Positions 18,510 to 24,657 of a stretch of 32,000 nucleotides of DNA are shown here, piece by piece; the first letter of the stretch is position 1, and the number at the start of each line of letters is the position of its first letter. The notes beneath the pieces are model-generated. The model was given only the letters and a program-made list of their open reading frames with translations. It was not told the DNA's origin and ran no database searches. The DNA lies in the NCBI RefSeq assembly GCF_000284115.1, contig NC_017080.1, positions 2,190,001 to 2,222,000 of the forward strand. Direction: 5' to 3'. A program made the translations under genes and the position numbers. The stretch is from Phycisphaera mikurensis NBRC 102666. GTDB taxonomy: Bacteria > Planctomycetota > Phycisphaerae > Phycisphaerales > Phycisphaeraceae.

Positions 18510-19538
18510 TCAAGCCGCGGCCACGCCGGGGCTGGCTTCGGGTGCGGGGCCGTCGGTGCGGACCGGCTGCCACCGGTTGCTGGCGATCGAGCGGTAGGCG
18601 GCCTCGATCACGCGGACCGAGGCGAGGGCGTCACGCATCGAGACCTCCGCCTGGTGCTCGCCGCGGGCGGCGCCGATGAAGTCCCGGACCTGGTTGCGGA
18701 AGGCGGCGACCTTGCTGTAGCCGGTGCCGAAGCCGACCCAGTCTTCGTCGCCGACGCCCTTGACCCGGCCGCCCTTCCAGCCCAGCCGCAACGCGCCCTC
18801 GCTGCCGTAGATGGAGAGGTACGTCGAGAGCTCCTTGTTCAGCGACCAGGAAAGGTCGACCGTGCACATCGCCCCCGAGCGGCTGCGGCAGAAGACGGTC
18901 ACGCTGTCCTCGACGTCGACGTCCTGCATCCGCTTGCCCTCGATCGCCTGCACGCTGTCGATCGGCCCGAGGAAGTGGCGGATCAGGTCCACGCTGTGCG
19001 TGCCGTTGTCGATCAGCACGCCGCCGCCGGAGACCGCTCTGTCCGCATTCCAGCGGCCGGTCATGTCCACGCGGCCGGTGAACGCGTTCTCGAACAGCAG
19101 CACCTCGCCGATGCGCCCGTCCAGGATCAACCGCTTCGCCTCCGCCACGTCGTCGACGAAGCGGAACTTCGTCGCCATCGTGAAGACGACGTCGCGGTCG
19201 CGGGCGAGGTCGCAGAGCTCCTGGGCCTCGGCCGAGGTGATGCACAGCGGCTTCTCGCAGAGCACCGGCACGTCGGCTTCGAGCAGCTCGGCGACCAGCG
19301 CGGGGTGGAGAGCCGGCGGCGCCGAGACCAGGGCGCCGTCGCAGCCCCCGGCGGCGAGCATCTCCTGCACGCCGCCGAAGGTGGCGGCGCCGGCGGGGCC
19401 GGCGAGCGCGGCGGCGGCGTCGGGGTTCACGTCGACGACGGCGGCGAGCACCGCGTCCTCGATGCCGTCGAGGGCGGCGGCGTAGTCGGAGGCGATGCGG
19501 CCCGCGCCGACGATCGCCATGCGGAAGGGACGGCTCAA
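18510..19538 (-). CDS. Gfo/Idh/MocA-family NAD(P)-dependent sugar dehydrogenase (342 aa from TTG 19538; ATG 19520 is an alternative)
   Basis: (MSRPFR)MAIVGAGRIASDYA Rossmann start, the EKPL motif (VLCEKPLCIT), and a C-terminal alpha/beta dimerisation-domain pattern. TTG 19538 overlaps the aminotransferase stop (TTGA). Confidence 0.85.
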   Translation of the reverse strand: MSRPFRMAIVGAGRIASDYAAALDGIEDAVLAAVVDVNPDAAAALAGPAGAATFGGVQEMLAAGGCDGALVSAPPALHPALVAELLEADVPVLCEKPLCITSAEAQELCDLARDRDVVFTMATKFRFVDDVAEAKRLILDGRIGEVLLFENAFTGRVDMTGRWNADRAVSGGGVLIDNGTHSVDLIRHFLGPIDSVQAIEGKRMQDVDVEDSVTVFCRSRSGAMCTVDLSWSLNKELSTYLSIYGSEGALRLGWKGGRVKGVGDEDWVGFGTGYSKVAAFRNQVRDFIGAARGEHQAEVSMRDALASVRVIEAAYRSIASNRWQPVRTDGPAPEASPGVAAA

Positions 19539-20821
19539 GCCGCACCTCCCCTCGTCGCGCCGGCCTCGGCGTGGAGCGACGCGACGGTCTGCTCCACCGC
19601 GGAGGCGATCCGGTCGGCGTGGGCCTCGGTGAAGCCCTCGTTGAGCGGGAGGATCACGACGTGCTTGAGCCCGTCGTAGGAGCCGGGGAAGAGCTCGGGG
19701 CGGTGGTCCGTCGCCGAGGCCTGGGCGAGCGAGAAGGGCCAGCGGCTGGTGCCGAAGGTCTTCTGCTCGCGGATCACCTCGCACTCGAAGGCGGGCTTCT
19801 GGATGTAGCGCGGCGCGGCGGGGATGCCCAGTTCGCGGAGACCGGCAACGAGGGCGTCGACGCCGCCGGGGATGACCCCGGGCTCCACCCGGATCGGGAT
19901 CCGCCAGTACGAGCAGGTGTCGCCGGGCTTCACCGGCGGGGTGGTGATGCCGTCGATCGCCATGAGCCGGCCGATGAGCACGCACGCGGCGTGGAGCCGC
20001 CTGTCGAGGAGGTCCGGCAGCTTCCGGAACTGAGCCCGGGCGACGGCGCCCTGAAGTTCGCTCATGCGGTAGTTGGGCGCGAGGAAGTAGTGATCCGGCT
20101 TCGCGTCGCCGTAGCCCCAAGCCTTGTTGATGAAGAGGAACAGCCGCCGGGCGAGCGCGTCGTCGTTCGTGACGACCAGGCCGCCCTCCCCGGTCGTCAC
20201 GTGCTTGCCCTGCTGAAGCGAGAAAGCCGCCATCGCGCCCATCGAGCCGGCGGGCCGGCCCTGGGATCGCGCCCCCAGCGCCTGGGCCGCGTCCTCGAGC
20301 ACGGGCAGCCCGTGGCGGTCCGCCATCGCGAGGATGGCGTCCATGTCGCAGGGGTTGCCGAAGAGGTGCGTCACCGCGATGGCGCGGGTGCGATCGGTGA
20401 TGCGGGCCTCCAGCGTCTCCGCCGTCACGTTGAGGGTGACGGGATCGACGTCGGCGAAGACCGGCACGACGCCCTGGGCGAGGATGGCCGCGACCGAGCC
20501 CATGTCGGTGATCGGGGTGCCGATGAGCTCCTCGCCGGGCTCGAGATCCAGCGCGGCGACCATGCAGTGCATCGCGGCCGATCCCGAGGTGCAGGCGAGG
20601 GCGTGCTTGACGCCGATCATCGCCGCGAACTCCTCCTGGAGCAGGCGGACCTGGTCACCCTTGGTGGCGGTGAGGCAGCCGGAGTCCAGCGCCTCCTTCA
20701 GGAGAGCGAGCTCGGTGCCGTCGAAGCTGCGGCCCGAGGCCGCCTGATCGTTGGGGAGCGGCTCGGGCGTCGGCGGCGGTGGCGACGCGGCAATGGGGGC
20801 GGCGGCGGGATTGGCGGTCAT
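19535..20821 (-). CDS. DegT/DnrJ/EryC1/StrS-family PLP-dependent sugar aminotransferase (428 aa)
   Basis: ATG 20821. Motifs: ALACTSGSAAMHCMV, VTHLFGNPCDMD, EDAAQALGA, and FSLQQGKHVTTGEGGLVVTND with the PLP lysine. The N-terminal approximately 30 aa are Pro/Ala-rich. Confidence 0.9.
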   Translation of the reverse strand: MTANPAAAPIAASPPPPTPEPLPNDQAASGRSFDGTELALLKEALDSGCLTATKGDQVRLLQEEFAAMIGVKHALACTSGSAAMHCMVAALDLEPGEELIGTPITDMGSVAAILAQGVVPVFADVDPVTLNVTAETLEARITDRTRAIAVTHLFGNPCDMDAILAMADRHGLPVLEDAAQALGARSQGRPAGSMGAMAAFSLQQGKHVTTGEGGLVVTNDDALARRLFLFINKAWGYGDAKPDHYFLAPNYRMSELQGAVARAQFRKLPDLLDRRLHAACVLIGRLMAIDGITTPPVKPGDTCSYWRIPIRVEPGVIPGGVDALVAGLRELGIPAAPRYIQKPAFECEVIREQKTFGTSRWPFSLAQASATDHRPELFPGSYDGLKHVVILPLNEGFTEAHADRIASAVEQTVASLHAEAGATRGGAA

Positions 20822-20928
20822 GGGTGGTCCTGCGGAAGAATGGGCGGACCGGGAAGCGCCGGCCGCCTTGGGGGGTTCATCGATCCGATCGGGCGGCGGA
20901 TCCACCGGCGCAGCGGGCACCGGCGGCA

Positions 20929-20952
20929 GGAACCCCCCTTCGGGGGGGTTCC
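20929..20952 (-). terminator. Perfect 10-bp GC-rich stem with a 4-nt loop (GGAACCCCCC-TTCG-GGGGGGTTCC); candidate intrinsic terminator or RNA stability element downstream of trx
   Basis: Read directly. The arms 20929-20938 and 20943-20952 are exact reverse complements. It lies 84 nt downstream of the trx stop (21036) and 108 nt upstream of the aminotransferase ATG (20821). There is no U-tract. Confidence 0.45.
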
Positions 20953-20974
20953 GCTCCGGGCTCGCGATGCGCAG

Positions 20975-21029
20975 CCGGAACCCGCCGGCGTGCCGGCGCG
21001 GCTCCGTTTGGCTCTCCCCGGAACCCGCT
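20975..21029. repeat. Direct repeat CCGGAACCCGC at 20975-20985 and 21018-21028; GGAACCC also forms the left arm of the hairpin at 20929
   Basis: Read directly. There are three GGAACCC cores, at 20929, 20977 and 21020 (spacing 48 and 43 bp), in the 214-bp gap between trx and the amino-sugar operon. Confidence 0.6.
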
Positions 21030-21035
21030 CCTCGA

Positions 21036-21368
21036 TCAGCTCGCCAGCTTGTCCAGCTCGGCCTTGAACTCGGCCTCCTGGGTCACGCCGACGAACTTCT
21101 TCACGACCTCGCCGCCCTTGAAGACGAGCACGGTCGGGATCGCGGTGATCTCGTGCTTGACGGACACCTCGCGGTTGGCGTCCGTGTCGAGCTTCCCGAC
21201 CTTGACCTTGCCGTCGTAGTCGGTGGCCAGCTTCTCGATGGTCGGCGTGAGCATGCGGCAGGGCATGCACCACTCGGCCCAGAAGTCGACCACCACCGGG
21301 GTGTCGGCCTCGAGGACCTCGCTCTGAAAGTTCGTGTCGGTGAATTCCTGGACGGCTTCGGAGGCCAT
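21036..21368 (-). CDS. trxA: Thioredoxin with a non-canonical CMPC active site (110 aa)
   Basis: ATG 21368. FTDTNFQSEVLEADTPVVVDFWAEWCMPCRMLTPTIEKLA...KLDTDAN...ITAIPTVLVFKGGE is a canonical Trx fold sequence, except that Met replaces Gly in WCGPC (codons at 21258-21269). Confidence 0.9.
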   Translation of the reverse strand: MASEAVQEFTDTNFQSEVLEADTPVVVDFWAEWCMPCRMLTPTIEKLATDYDGKVKVGKLDTDANREVSVKHEITAIPTVLVFKGGEVVKKFVGVTQEAEFKAELDKLAS

Positions 21369-21462
21369 GTTTCTGTCTCGGGGGGGAAACGCGGATGCCC
21401 GGGCGGGTGCCCGGCGGGTCGCGAGTCTAGGGAGCGTCCACCGCCCGCCGCCGCCGCCTCGT

Positions 21463-23145
21463 TCAGGCCGCCAGGCGCGTCGCGGGGCCGCCGGCATCGG
21501 CGATCACGGCGTCGCGGCCGCTCGCCTTCGCGCGGTAGAGGGCGCGGTCGGCCCGCTCGATCAGACCGGTGGGACCGGACGCGAGGTCCCGCGGCTCGGC
21601 GGTGACCACGCCGAGGCTCGCGGTGACGACGCCGGACGCCGGGGAGCCGCGGTGCGGGATCGCGCAGCCGGCGATCGCCCGCCGCAGGTCCTCCGCGACA
21701 CGCCCCGCCGCGCCGGCGGCGGTGTCCGGCAGCAGGACCGCGAACTCTTCGCCGCCGTAGCGGGCCGCGAGGTCGGCGGGCTTCTGGCAGCTCCGCTCGA
21801 GGCAGCGGGCGATCGACCGGAGGCAGTCGTCGCCCGCGGGGTGCCCGTAGAGGTCGTTGAAGCTCTTGAAGGCGTCCACGTCGAGCAGGATCAGCGACAG
21901 GGGCGAGGGATCGCGTCCGGCGGCGCGGCAGGCCGCGGCGATGCGTTCGTCGAAGTGCCCCCGGCAGGCGATCCCGGTCATCGCGTCGATCCGCAGCGCC
22001 CGCTCCTGCCGCCCCGTGACGTGGCGGTGGACGAGGCTGAACCCCGCCATCCCGAGGCTGAGCGCCATGACGGCCAGGGCGAGCAGCCGGATGTAGCCGT
22101 ACACCTCAGCGAAGGCTTCGAGCGCCGCCGCCTCGTCCACCTCCGCGGCGAGGCCCAGGTTCAGCCGCTCGTTCCAGGCCCAGGCGCCGATCACCCGCCG
22201 GCCGCCGTAGCTCTCGTAGCCGCCCGGGGCCTGGCCTCGCCCCCCGGACACGGCCCGCTGCGCCAGCAGCGTCGGCTCGCCAGGGCCGCCGGCCGCGTCC
22301 ATCTTCGCGACCCGCGCGTCGAGATACCACAGCGTCGAAGCCCGCGGCGTCGCGGCCCGGAGGCGGCCGTCGGCGTCCCGCGGCTCCGTCACGAAGCGTC
22401 CGCCCTCATCGAAGGCGTAGGCATCGAAGTGGAAGCCCCGCTCGGTGTCGTTGAGGATGCGGTCGATGGTTTTCCGCGCGTCGTAACGCACGGTCAGGAC
22501 CGCGATGACGCCGCCGCCGGCGCCGCGGATCGGTGCCGCGAGAAAGAGCGACCGATCCTTCACCGGCCCGGTCCGGCTGCTCCCGCCGCCGAGCGGCACG
22601 TCGCTGCGGACCGGCGGGATGGCGACCGTCGCGCCGCTCCAAGCGGCCCGGATCTGCGCCGGATGCTCCCGCACCAGGAAGTTCTCGACGCCGAGGTTGG
22701 CGTCCCGCAGCGACGCGAAGCTGACGTCGCCGGGGCCGAGGATGAAGATCCCGCGGCCGTCGACGACGTCGATCTCCGCCTGCAGGACCTCGCGGATCTC
22801 CGCCAGGACCGGCGAGGCGGCGAGCTTCGCGGGCGTGGGCGTGCCGCGTAGGAGCCGCTGGGTGAGGCCGACCAGGCGCGGACGTGCCGCGATGCGCTCG
22901 ACGAAGCGCTTGTTCGTCGCAAACCACAGATCGATCGCCCGGTGCGTCGTGTTGACGTGGATCCGCAGCGACTCCGCCTGCTGCTGCCGGACGGAGGTCT
23001 CGAAGGTCCCGGCCGCCCGGTGCAGGAGGAGCGCCCCCGCGGTAAGCACGACGCCCATCGCGACGACCACCGCCTGCGTCGCCCAGCCGAGGGAGGCGGA
23101 GCGTGCGGCGGATCTCGCGGGAGCGGCGGGAGGCGGAGCGGGCAT
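21463..23145 (-). CDS. Membrane-bound diguanylate cyclase: TM, approximately 300-aa periplasmic Cache-like sensor domain, TM, GGDEF domain (560 aa)
   Basis: Hydrophobic segments are ATQAVVVAMGVVLTAGALLL and YIRLLALAVMALSLGMAGFSLV. The GGDEF domain reads DAMTGIACRGHFDE...LLDVDAFKSFNDLYGHPAGD...RYGGEEFAVLLPD...ASLGV...ADRALYRAKASGRD. Confidence 0.9.
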   Translation of the reverse strand: MPAPPPAAPARSAARSASLGWATQAVVVAMGVVLTAGALLLHRAAGTFETSVRQQQAESLRIHVNTTHRAIDLWFATNKRFVERIAARPRLVGLTQRLLRGTPTPAKLAASPVLAEIREVLQAEIDVVDGRGIFILGPGDVSFASLRDANLGVENFLVREHPAQIRAAWSGATVAIPPVRSDVPLGGGSSRTGPVKDRSLFLAAPIRGAGGGVIAVLTVRYDARKTIDRILNDTERGFHFDAYAFDEGGRFVTEPRDADGRLRAATPRASTLWYLDARVAKMDAAGGPGEPTLLAQRAVSGGRGQAPGGYESYGGRRVIGAWAWNERLNLGLAAEVDEAAALEAFAEVYGYIRLLALAVMALSLGMAGFSLVHRHVTGRQERALRIDAMTGIACRGHFDERIAAACRAAGRDPSPLSLILLDVDAFKSFNDLYGHPAGDDCLRSIARCLERSCQKPADLAARYGGEEFAVLLPDTAAGAAGRVAEDLRRAIAGCAIPHRGSPASGVVTASLGVVTAEPRDLASGPTGLIERADRALYRAKASGRDAVIADAGGPATRLAA

Positions 23146-23282
23146 GGCGGGCTCGGAGCCCGAGCCACGCGAGGGCGCGACGGCGGACCGGAAGACTCCG
23201 CTTATCGGGGCAGGCGCCCCCCGCCTTGAGCGTCCGGCCCGCTTGTGGGCCGCAAGCCTCGGCAGCGGCCGATGATGCGGCC

Positions 23283-24434
23283 ATGAGCGAGCCCCACCGC
23301 GTCGCGTGCATCATCGGGACCCGGCCCGAAGCCATCAAGATGGCCCCGGTGATCCGCGCCGTGAACGCCCGGGCCGGGCTGCGGGCGCGGGTGGTCTCCA
23401 CCGGGCAGCACCGCGAGATGCTCCAGCAGGTCGTCGAGCTCTTCGGGATCGAGGTGGACGCCGAGCTCGACGTGATGCGGCCCGGGCAGGCGCTGGCGGG
23501 TCTGACCGCCCGGCTGCTGGGGGGGATCGACGCGGAGTTCGCCGCCCACCCGCCCGCATTTGCCCTGGTGCAGGGCGACACGACCACCGTCTTGGCCGCA
23601 TCGCTCGCGGCCTTCTACCGGCGGATCCCGACCGGGCACGTGGAGGCGGGGCTGCGCAGCGGCGACCTCGCCCAGCCCTTCCCCGAGGAGGGGAACCGGC
23701 TGCTGGCGACGCGCCTCGCCACGCTGCACTTCCCCCCGACCGCGGTCAGCGAGGCGAATCTGCGGCGGGAAGGGGTGCCGGCCGGTCGGATCACCGTGAC
23801 CGGCAACACGGTGATCGACGCGCTCCACGCGGAGGTGAGCCGGCAGGAGACGCCCGGCGTGACGGAGGGCCTGGACGCGGCGCTGGCGACGTTCCTCCCC
23901 CCCGCCGCGCTCCGACGGCCCTACGTGCTCATCACCGGGCACCGCCGCGAGAGCTTCGGCGGCGGCTTCGAGGGCATCTGCGACGCCGTCGCCCGCCTCG
24001 CCGCGGACCACCCCGAGGTGTCCTTCGTCTACCCCGTGCACCTGAACCCCGCGGTGCAGGAGCCGGTCAACCGCCTGCTCGCCGGCCGGCCCAACGTCTT
24101 CCTGCTCCCGCCCCAGCCGTACGCCCCCTTCGTCCGCCTGATGCGCGGGGCCCGCCTGCTGCTCACCGACTCCGGCGGCGTGCAGGAGGAGGCCCCGGGT
24201 TTGGGCAAGCCCGTGCTGGTGATGCGCGAGACCACCGAGCGGCCCGAGGGCGTCGACGCCGGCACCGTCAAGCTCGTCGGCACCGATGCCCGGCGGATCC
24301 ACGCGGAGGTTTCCGAGCTCCTGACCGATGGGGCATCGTTCGCCTCCATGTCCAACGCGATCAACCCCTACGGCGACGGACACGCCGCCGGGCGGATCGC
24401 CGACGCCGTGGCGGCGTACCTGAGAAGCGGCTGA
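23283..24434 (+). CDS. wecB: UDP-N-acetylglucosamine 2-epimerase family (non-hydrolysing, WecB/MnaA/WbpI-like; 383 aa)
   Basis: ATG 23283. GTRPEAIKMAPV, STGQHREML, VQGDTTTVLAASLAAFY, GHVEAGLRS, PFPEEGNR, GNTVIDAL, DSGGVQEEAP, VMRETTERPEG. Confidence 0.92.
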   Translation: MSEPHRVACIIGTRPEAIKMAPVIRAVNARAGLRARVVSTGQHREMLQQVVELFGIEVDAELDVMRPGQALAGLTARLLGGIDAEFAAHPPAFALVQGDTTTVLAASLAAFYRRIPTGHVEAGLRSGDLAQPFPEEGNRLLATRLATLHFPPTAVSEANLRREGVPAGRITVTGNTVIDALHAEVSRQETPGVTEGLDAALATFLPPAALRRPYVLITGHRRESFGGGFEGICDAVARLAADHPEVSFVYPVHLNPAVQEPVNRLLAGRPNVFLLPPQPYAPFVRLMRGARLLLTDSGGVQEEAPGLGKPVLVMRETTERPEGVDAGTVKLVGTDARRIHAEVSELLTDGASFASMSNAINPYGDGHAAGRIADAVAAYLRSG

Positions 24435-24594
24435 GACCGCGCTCTTGCGCTCGAGCGGAGGGATCGACCGAGCCGCGGGCGACGCGGCCCGCCCGGGACG
24501 TCTGAACGCTTTGGGGATCCGACACGAGCCGGCACCGCGGCGATCCGCTGCGGAGCTTCTCGGAAGCGTCTCGAGGCGCTGCGGACCGATTGAT

Positions 24595-24640
24595 CCGCGG
24601 ACCGCGGCCGCTTCGGGCTCCAACGCCCCGCGGTCCGCGG
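24595..24640. repeat. REP-like 46-bp palindromic element, locus C (perfect: CCGCGGACCGCGG-N20-CCGCGGTCCGCGG)
   Basis: Read directly. The arms at 24595-24607 and 24628-24640 are exact reverse complements; the spacer is ccgcttcgggctccaacgcc. The element ends 18 bp upstream of the peptidase ATG (24658). Confidence 0.9.
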
Positions 24641-24657
24641 CGCGTAACGTCGCGGCC

